Positions 37,166 through 50,584 of a stretch of DNA of 64,000 nucleotides are shown in pieces. The notes under the pieces were generated by a model. It was given only the letters and a program-made list of their open reading frames with translations. It was not told the origin of the DNA and made no database searches. This stretch comes from Utricularia gibba (lineage: Eukaryota; Plantae; Magnoliophyta), in contig NEEC01000017.1 in the NCBI GenBank assembly GCA_002189035.1, forward strand, positions 124,001 to 188,000, read 5' to 3'. Each line of letters begins with the position of its first letter. The first letter of the stretch is position 1. The translations under genes were made by a program, and so were the position numbers.

Positions 37166-40100
37166 TGTTGACGAATAAACTCAGTGGAGGAATAAGGATG
37201 CTGGAAGAAATAAGTAAATGGAGTGATAAGGTTACTGAGGATTTGAAGGTTGGTTATCAGTGTAACTAAATGCCGTCAGCTCCCTCCTCAAATGAAGGAT
37301 TCCAAGTTCTGGGTTTGCTTTTGGCGCACACGTGGTTTCAGGAAGTGGTTAATGATAGAGATTGCATTAGGAGTATTTTGAGGATCTGCAACAACCCAGC
37401 TTTGGGTTCTATTTAAACCTGTTGTACCGCAATACATTTTATGTGGTGGAATAATATTTTTTTCTTTCTTCATTTGTTTTTCTTCTGGTATCAGAGCGAT
37501 CGGCTGTATCTTTTAGTCGATTCACATGCTTGGCATTAAAATCTTCCATACACTACAGTCATGACCACCACCAACAACAACATCAACCCACTCATCGCCA
37601 CCCTCAATGTCTCGAATTTCATCTCAGTAAAGCTCACTTCCACCAACTACCCTCTCTGGAAAGAAATGGTGTTGGGCCTTGCTGAAACACAGGGTCTCAC
37701 TAGATATCTAACAGGAGAAACACGTCCACCTACCCAGGGTGAAGCTACAGAATATCAGACTTGGAAGCGCTGCAATCGTTTACTTCGAAGCTGGATCATG
37801 AGCACCATCTCCGAAGAATCCTGGCCATTAATCTTAGGCTGTGAGTCAGCCAAAGCAATCTGGGAAGCCTTGGGCGATGCCTATGCCCAAAACACCGCAG
37901 AAAGAAAATATGCCTTACGTCACCAACTGATTCAAATGCGCAAGAGAACATATTAGTCCCTTGATGACCATCTCATGAAATTTAAGTCACTAATAGATCA
38001 GTTGGCTTTTGTAGGTGAAACAGTACCTAATGGTGAAAAGGTTTATGCTCTCCTCACCATTCTCGGACAGGGGTATCAGGCCTTCACCACAACGATGCTG
38101 AAGGATCCACGACCAACCTATCAGGATCTTATCCCTCAACTACATAGCTTTGAGATGCGAAAAAAAATGGTTGATGATGTGGAACAATCACACACTATGT
38201 ATTCACCCTCATTGGATTTTGTTGCAGTAGGTCAACATGCCATCGAGCCAAGATTTACCTCCACTGGTCGTGGTTTCACAGCCCAACAACGTGGAGGAAC
38301 AAGCCAAACAGGCGCCTCACGCCAACCACTCAATGCAATCAATCAATGGAATACCCACACAAACTCAAACATGGTGCAGGGAAGAGGTCCTCCACCTCCA
38401 CTGGGAAAACGAAGAATGACCCCAACGAATGAGAACGCTACAGGATTGAGGTTTGTCAAATCCGTAACCTACAAGGGCATATTGCAAAAATCTGCCGGCG
38501 ACTCCTAGGACCTCAATCCGCACCTGAAGAAACCTTACTTCCACACGCACTCGCAAATCTCACCATCGACAACACACTGATGGGAACAGAATGGACTGCC
38601 GACACCAGAGCCACAAATCACATGACCGGTAAGAAAAAACTACTCACTCAGTTAGATCGTGTTTCAGGTAACGAAGGAGTTGTAATAGGAGATGTACCTC
38701 CATTCCAATTATAGGCATTGGTAGTTCCACTCTAACACAAAATAATGCCATCATACCTTTAAAAATTACATGTTCCTAGACTGACTAAGAATTTGCTTTT
38801 TGTTTCTCAACTGACATCTGATTATCTTGTCAACTATGAATTTACTGAAAATGGTTTTTGTTATAAAGGAACAAGTAACAGGACATCCCAAGATAAAAGA
38901 GCAGCATAGATGGGGTCTCAATGTGATACAAGATTCAACAGCAACCTATTTCTCTTATCGCTTTAATTCCTGCTCGCCTGAATTGTGGCACCGGCATCTT
39001 GGACATCCTCAAGATGCTATGGTTCCATTATTAAAAAATAAAGGCTTGATCACTGTGAACAAGCCCAGTCAATCTACATTCTGTGATAGCTACCAATTTG
39101 GAAAGCTTTCCAAATTACCTTTTATTCAATCAAACTCTATCCCTACTGCACCTTTTGAAAAAATTTTATGTGATTTATGAGGACCAGCACCCGTTGTCTA
39201 CCATGCTGGTTTTCATTATTATGCGTGCTTTGTGGATGCATACTCCAGATTTATGTGGTTTTTTCTGCTTAAAAATAAGTGTGATTTCTCTGCCGCATTC
39301 ATTCAGTTTGAAAAATACGTTCAACGTCAATTTCAAAGGCATATTAAAATCTTAAAAACTGACAATGAAGGGGAATTTGTTATTAATACTCTTAAGTCCT
39401 TTTTCTTGCAAATAGGAATGCAGCACATTTTCTCCTGTCCACATACACACAAACAAATGGGCATGGTTGAAAGGAGACACAGAACCATTCGTGAACATGG
39501 AATGACTCTGTTATTTCACAATGGGTTACCGCTATTACTCTGGGTGGAGGCTTTTGAAACAATTGTGTACTTGCTAAATCGACTACCATCTATCTCACAA
39601 TAAAGGGAGTCCCCTTATTTTTACTTATTTGCCTCTCGCCCCAACTATTCTATACTACCTTTGGGATACAAAGAAAAATAAGTTTTCTTCAAAAACTACA
39701 CTCTGCGTTTTTATTGGTTATAGCAATACCCACAAAGGGTATCGCTGCTTTGACCCTATTACCAAGAAAATTTATACCTCACGTCATGTAATTTTTGATG
39801 AGAAAACCTTTCCGTTTAAGAATACTCACGATATGTCTCCACCTCCCCAGGTTTGATCTCCAAACTCTTTGATAAATGAACTTAGGAACTACCCCTTCAC
39901 ACTCCCGAAGTTGGCTCAAATCCAAACGGTCCTTCTTTAGCGGCAGCATCCGCAGGCACCAATCCTTTGTCTAAGTTTCCCATTTCCGTCCCGTTGGATA
40001 TATCAATTGCAGCCCCCTTGGTCAGGCAAGCTGAAAACTCAGTGCCCGAACTCAATGCACTAGATGAGAGTCATGCACATGCACCAACCCTGCCACATGT

Positions 40101-42498
40101 CGACACAACACAAGTGGACAATAATTCCCACATGCCAGCTGAGAATCATGCCCATGCCACAATTCCTCCACGTGAAGACACAGAATAGGTGGCAATTAAT
40201 TCTCTTTCTCCTAACCATATTAATGATGCAAAAGAATTGGTGCCTTTCACAACACTTCCAACCCTTGAAATGGGTGCAACCCAAGGTCATGATCAGCCCC
40301 CGATGGATGGTTCCCCAGCCATCCCAAAACCTGAATTGGGTGTGTGTCACATCAGTGATTGCAGTGCACTCCCTCAAACGGATATCTCTACTTCAACATG
40401 TGCCGCCGTCTCCTCGGAGGTGGCTGGACACATTGATCCAGCCCCTAGGAATTGTCCAACCTCATCAACACCATACAAGTCACCACACCCAGGTACTGCT
40501 ACTGAGCCTACCTCTGCTACTAATCCTAGTGATCCTTGTGTGCAGAGGACACACATCACGCGCACTCAGTCACAAAGCAGAATAATAAAGGCGAACCCCA
40601 AGTATGTTCTACATATGGAAGCACTCCCAATAATCCCAGCAGAACCCAGAAGCGTGAAGGAAGTTGTGAATCATCCTGGGTGTTCAGCAGCAATGAATGA
40701 GGAGCTGGATGCACTCCACAAAAATAAAACTTGGGTATTGGTGCCCAGAAACGAGTACGCTCACGTCATAGGGTGTTAATGGGTTTACAAGGCAAAACTC
40801 AACCCGGATGGATCACTTGCTCACCTCAAGGCTCGTCTGGTTGCCAAAGGATTTGATCAAGTAGATGGGATAGACTACACTGAGATCTTCTCACCAGTGG
40901 TCCGGCCTAGCACAATCCGACTCATTTTGTCAATAGCTCTCATTCACAATTGAGAGGTCAAGCAGCTGGACGTGAAAAATGCATTCCTCCATTGTCAAAT
41001 AACAGAGGACATATATATGGAACAACCCCCAAGTATGAAAGATAAACAACTCCCTTGTCATGTTTGCAAATTGAACAGGGCGTTGTACGGACTCCAGCAA
41101 GCTCACCGAGCTTGGTATGATCGCTTCAGCTCATTTTTGTTAAGCATAGGTTTTTTCTGTAGTTTGGCAGACCCTTCACTCTTTATTTCTCATGTCGGAA
41201 GTGAAACACTAATTTTGCTTCTATATGTTGATGATATAGATGTTATAGGGACAAATTCACAGCACGTATAATGCTTGGTTGCAAAACTATTCCAAGAGTT
41301 TGCCATGAAAGATTTGGGAGAACTACACCATTTTTTAGGCGTTCAAGTTCACATGACTACTGATGGGATATATCTCTTGCAAACTCACTATGCTCTCTCT
41401 GTTTTGGACAGATTTGGGCTAAAAGACTGCAAACCAACATTGACCCCTCAACCCTCGAAGGTGAACCCAAGGCAAGAATCAACACTTCTTTCTGATCCTA
41501 CACCATTCAAAGGTCTTGTTGGTGCCCTCCAATACCTCACCTTCACCCGACCAGACATCACCTTCAGTGTGAATTATGTTTCACAATTCATGCACTCTCC
41601 GACAATATATCATCCAACATGGGCTACACGGATCTTGAAGTACATCAAAGGCACCTTGAACTATGGAATTCTTCTCAAACACAGCCCCATTACGGCTTGA
41701 AGCGTATTCGGATGCTGACTGGGCAAGCTGCCCCTACACCCGCCGGTCAATAACTGGCTACTGTGTTCTCATGGGTGGCAACCCCATAGCTTGGAGCTCC
41801 AAGAAACAACATATTGTTTTGCGTTCTAGCACTGAAGCTGAATATAGAGCCATGGAAAATACAGCAGCAGAATTAACGTGGCTACAACATCTATTGAGTG
41901 ATCTACGTATTTCACTCAGTTCACCTCATGTTCTGCACTGTGACAACCTAAGTGCGCTATTCCTCATTGTGAACCCAGTTCTTCATGCTAGAAGCAAGCA
42001 CATTGAACTTGACTATCACTTTGTGCGAGAGAGGGTTGCCATGGGCTGTTTAGTTTCTCAGCATATCCCAACACAACACCAAGTAGCTGATCTTTTCACT
42101 AAGAGAATGCCCATTGAACAGCTGCTTTATCTCAGAACCAAACCTAGCTTACAACCTCAACTAAGTTTGAGGGAGAGTGTTGATGAATCAACTCAGTAGA
42201 GGAATAAGGATGCTGGAAGAAATAAGGAAGTGGAGTGATAAGGTTACTGAGGATTCGAAGGTTGGTTATTAGAGTAACTAAATGCCATCAGCTCCCTCCT
42301 CAAATGAAGGATTCCAAGTTCTGGGTTTGTTTCTGGTGCACACGTGGTTCCAGGAAGTGGTTAATGATAGAGATTGCATTAAGAGTATTTTTAGGATCTG
42401 CAACAACCCAACTTTGGGTTCTATTTAAACCTGTTGTACCGTAATACATTTTGTGTGGTGGAATAATATTGTTTTCTTTCTTCATTTGTTTTCCTTCA
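37166..42498 (+). mobile_element. Full-length Ty1/copia retrotransposon (Ale/Retrofit-like), 5333 bp, decayed
   Basis: LTRs 37166-37485 and 42178-42498 (about 20 mismatches in 320 nt, about 94%). Perfect TSD GCTGA (37161-37165 and 42499-42503). PBS TGGTATCAGAGC at 37486-37497. PPT GAGGGAGAG ending at 42177. Confidence 0.96.
37561..42199 (+). pseudogene. Copia gag-pol (gag, zinc knuckle, protease, integrase, RT, RNase H) with stops and frameshifts
   Basis: SVKLTSTNYPLWK (gag); CQIRNLQGHIAKIC (mutated CCHC); WTADTRATNHMT (protease); LWHRHLGHP, KTDNEGEF and GMVERRHR (integrase); KARLVAKGF and LLLYVDDI (RT); YSDADWA and RSKHIELDYHFVRE (RNase H). Confidence 0.95.
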
Positions 42499-42503
42499 GC
42501 TGA

Positions 42504-42756
42504 TGGCAGAAAATCAATCAAATAGCACTACTCCAAGGTTGTGTTTTTGTTTTTTCGTTCATGAATTTCAGCTATGCATCAACTAATAGATTTCTGTTTC
42601 CCGATTTGTAGTTGATCTCAAAATCATTACCCAACAATTTACTCATGCATTTCTATTAGAATAAAATCTTTATTTTCTTTTGCTTCAAATATTAGAGACT
42701 ATTAATATCTTTTTGCATAATGAGGTGTTATCCTCATAAGCAATGACTCCAATGCT
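42504..42756 (-). pseudogene. Old gypsy RNase H fragment (same host element as 36790-37160)
   Basis: The minus strand gives HWSHCL*G*HLIMQKDINSL*YL and MSKLLGNDFEINYKSGNRNLLVDA, matching the KWRHYLLG...WLSKLLGYDFEI.YKPG.EN.VADALS pattern. Confidence 0.6.
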
Positions 42757-43849
42757 TGATGGCGTACAATGTACTTAACAATTCCATCACAATCAGGAAT
42801 TGTGAAGATATGTTTGGAGAGAGGAGAAGGAAGAGAACACGATCAAACCCCAGGAGGGGGAGGAAGAACACGAAAAAAGGAAGATGAAGGCGATTTTTCT
42901 AGAAGGAAGACCAAAGACTTGAAGAACATTATCAAAGACCCAATTCAGTGCTACTGTTCCGAGCAGTGAACAGTAGTAGATCAAGAACCAAACACTCAAC
43001 TTTATCTTTAGTTTGCTGGATATTTCGTTACTTTGACTGTTATTTTACAATGTCTTTGCTATTCTCTTCAGTTTATCTTTATGATATCATGACTTATCTT
43101 TCATATATGAGTAGCTAAAACCTTAGGGATGCCTTAAGGTAAAGCAAGGTGGTATGGATCCAGGGTTAATAATGAAATTTATGTTTATTTCTTAGTTCTT
43201 GTTTTTATTATTCCATAGGTAGACCTAAGGAGTGGAACAAGTAATTTCACAACTAAGATGCTTGATTTAGAGGTAGACCAACAAATCAAGGTGGGAACAG
43301 TAGGTATTAGTCCATGGTAGAACTAGTAAAAACGGGTAGACTTAGTTCTATATACTTTGCATGCAGGTAGACCTAGTTCTATATACTTTGCATGCGGGTA
43401 GACCTAATTGCAATGTTGGTGATGATATTGAGAACTAGTTTAGTCGAAAATATGATGAATGATCTGGGTAGACTTAGGTTGTTTGAAGTTGTGAGTGTAG
43501 GAACATGGTAAATTAAATTAGTTATCTTAATACCACACCCTTTGCAAACCCTTAAGACATCTTAGCATTAGTCTGTGTTAAAACCAGTAATTGTTATTTT
43601 CCACGTAGAGACTTGATCTTGTTTATTGAACTTGTTTACCTCTGTTAGTTTGAACTTAGATTAAGACCACTGTTATTCCGAATTTTGCATCTACTAAAAC
43701 TCTTACCAAGCACAAACTCCTTGTGATCGACCCCGAAATCTACTATACAAGTTTTCTAAATTTGTATTTTGTGTAGATTAGGACTTATAAATTTATTTGA
43801 TAATGAAATTTCTATTTTTGCAACGACATTAAGAAATTTTCGTTTATCA
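42757..43849 (+). mobile_element. Family-D-related Athila-like LTR without TSD
   Basis: TGATGGCGTACAA...TTTTCGTTTATCA. Internal blocks such as TAGGGATGCCTTAAGGTAAA and AACTAAGATGCTTGATTTAGAGG match the reverse complement of 31970-33324. The flanks ATGCT and GAAGT differ. The start is less certain than the end. Confidence 0.7.
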
Positions 43850-45644
43850 GAAGTTGTATGAGTCACACATATATGTGTACATACAAAAAACAACAAATTT
43901 GTGAAAGAGGTGAGGAATAACCACTTGGCCATGGAAAGTGATGTCAAGTGTTGAAATCGTCATTTGATAGTAAAGACCATGTTGTTGTCGATGAAAGAAA
44001 GGGAGAAGTGTCGGAGTTCATATGAAAAAAGGCAATTTGAGGAGAAGAAAGTGGGGAGAAACAAGCAAGAATGAAAGGTAAGTAGCAAACGAACAATACA
44101 AAAAAGGAATGCGTTAGTAAGTTGTTCATTATGATCCATAAAAAGTAATGTTAAAAAGTTTGGAAGTTCATGAAATTCATTCCTATAGCTTATCTGATGC
44201 AACGCATGAGATTGATGCTGTGTTTGAAGGGTAAAATTTGTAAACAACTCTGAAGAAGAATAGAAACTCCATAACGCAATCAACTTGGAGGTATTGTGGA
44301 TGATGGAGTTTTCATCTCCATCACCTGGTTGCTTAAGTATTGATCTAAAAATTATAGGGTTTCAAAAAAAATATTCTTAAATCATAAAAAAGGATTCTAT
44401 ATAAGTTAAAGTCATAGATAAATAGAGACAAACAAGTTGATTGACTATGATGCCCTAAATTTCATTTTTGTTAAATTCATGTGTTACCTATGTGTTATAT
44501 GTGATTTTTCTTGTTTAATGACTACTCTTTTAACTGTCTAACATTCATAATTTTTTTTTAGTCTTGCATATCTAGTTTCTAAAACAAAAAGAATGGTTTT
44601 TTTTGGAGCTTTGTGGAAAGAGATATAATTTCTGCAAAGACATTGTTATTGCTATGTGGTTTCTGAATACATCTCATTTCGATTTCATAAAGAAAAATTT
44701 ATATCTTTTTACTGAATGATTCTTTTTACTTTTTATTTTATTTTAAATGAACTGAATTTGAGCATGACCTTTTAGTTGAGTAGCTACCACCTTTATTTTA
44801 TCCCCAACTCTTGTGTTGTAATATGCAATAGTATGCTCACTCCAATTTAGCCAACCGAAAGGTCTCCTTCCCTGGAGATTTCCATACATAACTTGTCGTA
44901 GAAGTTTCTTTTGAAGCTATTTCATGACTCTCTTTCAAAGTTTTGTTTTTCCCTATTGATAGAGTGTTTTAATGAGTGTATTTCTTATTAATTATTTGTA
45001 CACTTCTCTAAATTGAAAAAAAATGACTATCTTACTGTTCTAGCTTCAACTGGATATTTTTTAGCATTTCCTTGGTCTCCTCCATTGTGCAAGGTTGATA
45101 AAGATGCTATGATTCCAAAATGTGAGCAACCACATTTTGGAATCGGGTAGAAGGTATTGAAAAGAAGAAATTGTCTTGGTCAAATACAGAATTGATTTTA
45201 GAACTATTCTCTTTGGAGGTATAATGTAAGTTCAAGAACTCACACAAAAATACTAGAGTTTTTTAGAAGCTGCCTACAATTTCAAAAAGGTGACTTATAT
45301 GGTTGCCAAATAGATGATTTTTTTTTATTTACCCTTGTTTGGTTGATACTTTGACTTTTCTTCTAAAATACCAATGTAATGAGGAGTGGCCACCTTTTGA
45401 TGCCATCTGTTAAGCCTATGTTTTATTTTCTTCTGATCCACGTGTTGCCCTTGAGTTGCTGTTGAAGTCATGATCAGTGGTCTCCTTTTCACTCATGAAT
45501 CATTGTCTTCAAATTCAGCATCTTGGGAGCCTTGTAAACGTGTCGCGAACAAAATATCACAGTTATGCCGTGAGGAGGTTTTACCGTGGGTTCTATCAGC
45601 ACGCAGCAGTAATGGGAACTTCCAAATGACGAAAAGTGCATACT

Positions 45645-47244
45645 CTACTCATATAACAACTTGGCTGGCAGATAAATCTTCAAAGCCGGCGCCGCGGACG
45701 AGAGTTCTATGGTATCTCCAAGCTGTACGGGATGAACCACGTGAGATCCATCGATGTACAGGAAACCTTCCGTACAAAACCATGTAGTAAACATGGACTC
45801 GGCCGCCTTCACGGCCCCATGCATTAGGTGTGCATTGCCTCTCGTAGGGATGGGTTCCCTCACCATGTACTGGAGTTCTCTCGACAGTATGGGCAATGTG
45901 TAACCGCCACCTGAGAGCATAGCGGCCGTTGATCCCGCGGCGGTTGACACTCTGAGACCACTTGATCGACAGTGCACCAAACAAGATGAAGATTCTTCCC
46001 CTCCTCTCTTAATTCTAGCATAGGAAGAAAAATGTCAACACGCGTGTGGCAAGCGCACTACTGCCTTTTTATAAGTGAATTTTGACTTTTTTTCTACCTG
46101 AATGAGAATCTAGAAACTGCTGCTGGAGATGGATGGGCCAACAGAACATCGTTAAGCGCGGATACTGAGATGAGCTTCGAGTTCACGAGAATGGCCATCC
46201 TTGCAACTTCAGATGGTTCAGAGCGGTCATCAATGATGCTATCCAGTATCTATTGCAAGAGAACGGTGACATGCTTACCCATTCAGCAGTAGCAAGATGA
46301 CAGACAAGAAACCATTGTTACCGCAATATTGGACCCTGGTTCAATACCTCTTCGAAGTTATGAACAGTGGCGGCACATAGATAACCAGTGCTCCTTGTAG
46401 CGTCAAAGTCATCGCTCCACTCCGTCACCTAGGCAAAGAAGAACAAATAACTATAGTAATCCATGCAAAAATTGGGTGAGATGCAAGTAACCTAAACCAG
46501 ACAACGGAAACAGACCTCTTCTGTTCTTGTAGGATCAGAATTCACTCCTAAAATTGGAATACGATCATCCATTAAGTGGCTAGCTTGTAACAAAGTGCCA
46601 TCACCTCCACCACTAATGACCAGATCTACATCACGTATTGGATTATCTAAATCATTGCGAAAGATGGCCTTATAGTCGAGATTTTTCTTCTTCAGTATAT
46701 TCTGGCAAAAGCTGATGGCATTTTTGTGAGCCAAAGCCCTATTATCCAGATAACTGAATACCTGCAATTACACATGTTACCCGAGCACGGCACAGTGAAT
46801 CAACAAACGTGCGGAAGCATAACCTATCGAACTAACAGATATGGCATGAATCTCAGTCAAATCCAAGCATTTTCTACGCCGAATTCTTAACCCCCTTAAG
46901 CTACATGATAACTATAACCCATTTTCCCCATTTCTACGCTGCTAGAGTACGACCTACTTAAACACGCGCCAGGAAACCATACCGCTTAATGCGAAATAAT
47001 ACAATTTTGATGGCTGCGTTCATGTAAGTCTGGTCCTTGAGGCATATTATCAAACACATGGCATGTAGAGGACAAACTCATATTTTATCGCGAAAAGTAG
47101 CGCGATGAACTAAAAGAAAACAGCTTCGGATTGAGGATTCCATTACCTTATGGTGGCAGTTGAGGTTGGCGGAAGAGCCGGGGAACTTTGGGGAAGGATA
47201 CGCATCTAATGGCTTGAGTAGAAGCAGGATTCTCTTCCTCCCAT
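45645..47244 (-). CDS. NADK3: NADH kinase (NADK3-like), 5 exons; apparent 1-bp deletion right after the start codon
   Basis: Exons 47244-47147, 46761-46516, 46428-46348, 46249-46098 and 46014-45645. Motifs GGDGTLLQASH, GVNSDP, ALNDVLLAHP and SSGLRVSTAAGSTAAM. Exon 1 is 98 nt; adding one G gives MGRKRILLLLKPLDAYP. Confidence 0.9.
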
Positions 47245-47554
47245 TTTTTCCTTCACTTTGCCCTACGTGCTAAATCAGTAGTAATTGCCACCCGTCTTCT
47301 CGTTTTATCATTCCCCAATTTGATAATTACACTGACTACCCTTAGGCCTTACCGTAAACGCCATTAATTTTTAACTTGCGTTTTAAGACAACAACACTTC
47401 AAGCTTGGAATCGGACCCCAGGAGTGTTCAACAGGACAGAACAATGGCTGAAATCATAGAATGACAACAGAAGACAGGAGTAAGCCGTCCTAAAACAAGA
47501 GGCAACGCAGACAGAAAAGAGTAGACTCCGTCTACATGGATGAAGAAGATGGCT

Positions 47555-48086
47555 TCATAACAGCAATTCCCTCAAGCGTGGAGTGCTGGTTATTGTAGTT
47601 CTCATCCCATAAGGAGAAGCTTTCTCCTGCTGCATGGAACCAGAATTTTGTCAGACATAAAATCGTTTTGGGTGTCATATTTATAAAGTTGGTTTTCATT
47701 ACCAGTACTTCCTCAGGAAATGGTCTTCCCCTGTGATCATACAGAATGAGGCCACTAAATTTGGGAAGTTCACACTTCTCTCCCATGAGGATTGGTCTCT
47801 GCCAAACTGCAGCATCACTCTTCGCCAAGGGAATGGTGTCCTGTTGTTCCCCACTTGAGCCCTCCTCCCACTTCTTTTGCCGGCTCCACCGAACTGATTC
47901 CTGCAGGGCTTTAAAAACAGAGCCATGTTTTCCGCACCTGGGCGCGCCTTGTGTCCTGTTTCTTCTCCTCCTTGAGACTACAGCTATGCAAGTGCCTGTG
48001 ACTAGCAGAAAAGCTCCGACAAATAACCCAATAGCTTTGTTGGTTGTTAGTTTCCATTTCTCCTCCAAGTTCCATAATGATTCCAT
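47555..48086 (-). CDS. Uncharacterised plant protein with an N-terminal transmembrane helix, 2 exons, about 151 aa
   Basis: MESLWNLEEKWKLTTNKAIGLFVGAFLLVTGTCIAVVSRRRR...VWQRPILMGEKCELPKFSGLILYD. A predicted GT-AG intron at 47702-47627 gives the C-terminus EKASPYGMRTTITSTPRLRELLL*. The motif set is recalled from a conserved unannotated plant family. Confidence 0.75.
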
Positions 48087-48498
48087 CTTCCTCGGGATGG
48101 TGTGTGTACGCCTGTAGATGGTTTGGCTCCTCGAAAGGCCATGGGATTTTGGAGAGTAAATTTTCACCGTAGGGAATACTTTCAATCACGGGAAACACAA
48201 GAATACAGCGATTGTTGCGTTTGAAGAACATTAGAGAACATTAGGAGAGCCCGGCCTTGAGAAATTGGACCGCTACTAAATGATCATGAGACTACTCTTG
48301 GAAGTTCATACAAGGAATTTTGTCGAACATATGGTGTACATGATTGACTGTATATCAAGGTTTAGGGAACCCAGCCTGGCCCACAGTTCTCAAATAGAAC
48401 AAGTTCGGTAGATTGGATGCTACGCTGCGGAAAGTGAACCCTCCGCCCTCCGATCGACGAATAACTGCTGTACTTTGGCGAAAGAACACGTAGAGAGA

Positions 48499-50317
48499 AT
48501 GCAGTGCTACACTACCAAGAGGATTTCTTGCCCACCGTCCCTTTCCTCTGTTTACAGATATCCGTTTTCAGAAGCAGCGCCACCCCAGCAGCCCAGATGG
48601 TCGATATCCATGATTCGCTCTCAGACGAGACAACTCACAAATGTCCATCTTCTTTCCGTTGTAGCGAAGCCGATATCGAGTAAGTGTTCAGCCAACCATC
48701 AGAAATGGGGATCCAGGTTCAAGTCTCATGGCAGCAGCAATTCGTCGAACGTTTTGAAAGGGGAGAGTAAGAGCTGGATTGAGTCGGTAGGCGAGGTTAT
48801 CTCCGTGGCTTTTCCGATCTGGGTGGCTTTGGGATGTCTTCTTGGATTAATGAGGCCCGAATCATTTTGCTGGGTTCAGCCTAAATTTACGGTGATGGGC
48901 ATCACTCTCACCATGCTCGGAATGGGCATGACGCTAACCTTCGACGATCTCCGTGGCGCCTTGGCCATGCCCGTAGAGCTCCTCGTCGGCTTCTTACTGC
49001 AATATTCGGTTCTCTTGCAATAGTCCCATTTTCTGCAATTTATTTCATAAAATAATGCCCACTTTTTTGCCATAACTATCTTGGATGAGTGATTTCTGCT
49101 GTATATTATGCGTGTTCATCGATTGAGATATATTCCATTTGGCAGGTAATGCCACTATCTGCATATTTCGTGAGCAAGCTCTTAGCTTTGCCATCTCATT
49201 ATGCAGCTGGCTTGATTCTCGTGGGCTGCTGTCCTGGAGGTGTCAAATGACAACATATTTACTGTTTTTTTTTTCTCATACCCGTGATCTTTTGTATGGA
49301 ATGTCATTCTCTCTTTTGATTTTTGCCGCTTTGTTTTTATTTCAGGGACAGCTAGTAACATAGTGACATACATTGCACGGTATTTGAGTTCCTTTCTGTA
49401 AAATTGAAAATCTGAATTTTTCAGGTTTTGCTCTTACAGATATTATGCCACAGGGGAAATGTTGCTCTTTCTGTTTTGATGACCGCTGCAAGCACTCTGT
49501 CTGCTGTGGTTCGTATCTCTTCCGCCTTCATCATCTGTTGACACGTTCTTCCGCGGCTGTATTTGCTTTCCACTTAATGTGATGCTTCTCTGTACAGGTA
49601 TTAACTCCTTTCCTAACGTCAAAACTTGCTGGTCAATATGTTGCTGTAGACGCTGCGGGCCTGTTCATGTCAACTTTGCAGGTCTTCATTTCGCTTATCC
49701 CTTATCTTTAAGCAGCTCTCGGTATTGGAATCCCAGTGCATCTTGCGCAAAGTCACAATGATTATCATATCTTTTAGGTTGTCCTGCTTCCTGTTTTAGC
49801 CGGGGCATTTCTGAACCAGTGCTTCAAAGGCGTTGTAAAAATGGTTAACCCTGTGATGCCCCCCATCGCAGTAGCCACTGTTGCAGTTCTCTGTGGAAAC
49901 GCCATTGCTCAAAGTGCCTCAGCGATCCTTTTGTCGGGGCAGCATGTGGTGCTGGCTGTCGCTCTGCTACACACATGTGGCTTTTTCTTTGGATACGCAC
50001 TTTCAAGGATACTGGGAATCGATGCTTCCTCTTCGAGAACAATTTCCATCGAAGTAGGCATGCAGGTATGCAATGCCCTTGATGACCTCTGGATGATTCC
50101 CTCCTGTATGTAACTGACGTTGGGAAGTTTTGTTCAGAACTCCGTCCTTGGAGTTGTGCTTGCCACTCAGCACTTTGGCAATCCGTTGACAGCAGTACCC
50201 TGTGCCGTTTCAAGTGTCTGCCACTCAATCTTCGGCAGCACCCTGGCCGGCATCTGGCGTAGGACCGACTCCCTGAAAACCAAAGATCTGTGCGTGGAAC
50301 AGAACCAGGAAAAGTAG
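48499..50317 (+). CDS. BASS1: Plastid bile acid:sodium symporter family protein (BASS1-like), 7 exons, about 414 aa
   Basis: Exons 48499-49008, 49146-49239, 49346-49379, 49454-49508, 49598-49681, 49778-50065 and 50138-50317, phase-consistent. Transit-peptide-like N-terminus, then [39 protein letters not shown] and [15 protein letters not shown]. Confidence 0.9.
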
Positions 50318-50584
50318 CCACTCAATTATAAAGCTGTGTGTCTGGTTTTGATTTTTAGTAAGAATCGATAAAAATGGGCGATGGCGAAACGAAACCATCA
50401 AACCAAATAGTAGAGACAATCGAAATGGAGTGCAACATTTAAGGAGGTTGGAAGTATGTGCTTTCCAAAAGCGCGTCGCAGTGCACCATCTGCAGCCTGA
50501 CACAAGGCGAGTGGCGGGCGACTAGGAATTGATCAAGTGTAAGGTTAAATATGTTCTGACAGTTCTGTAAGTCCCAGGAATCCT

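Noticed and set aside
43850-45400. Decayed retrotransposon internal region
   Set aside because: The composition suggests old TE DNA, but I could not recover a diagnostic motif in any frame, so it is left uncalled.
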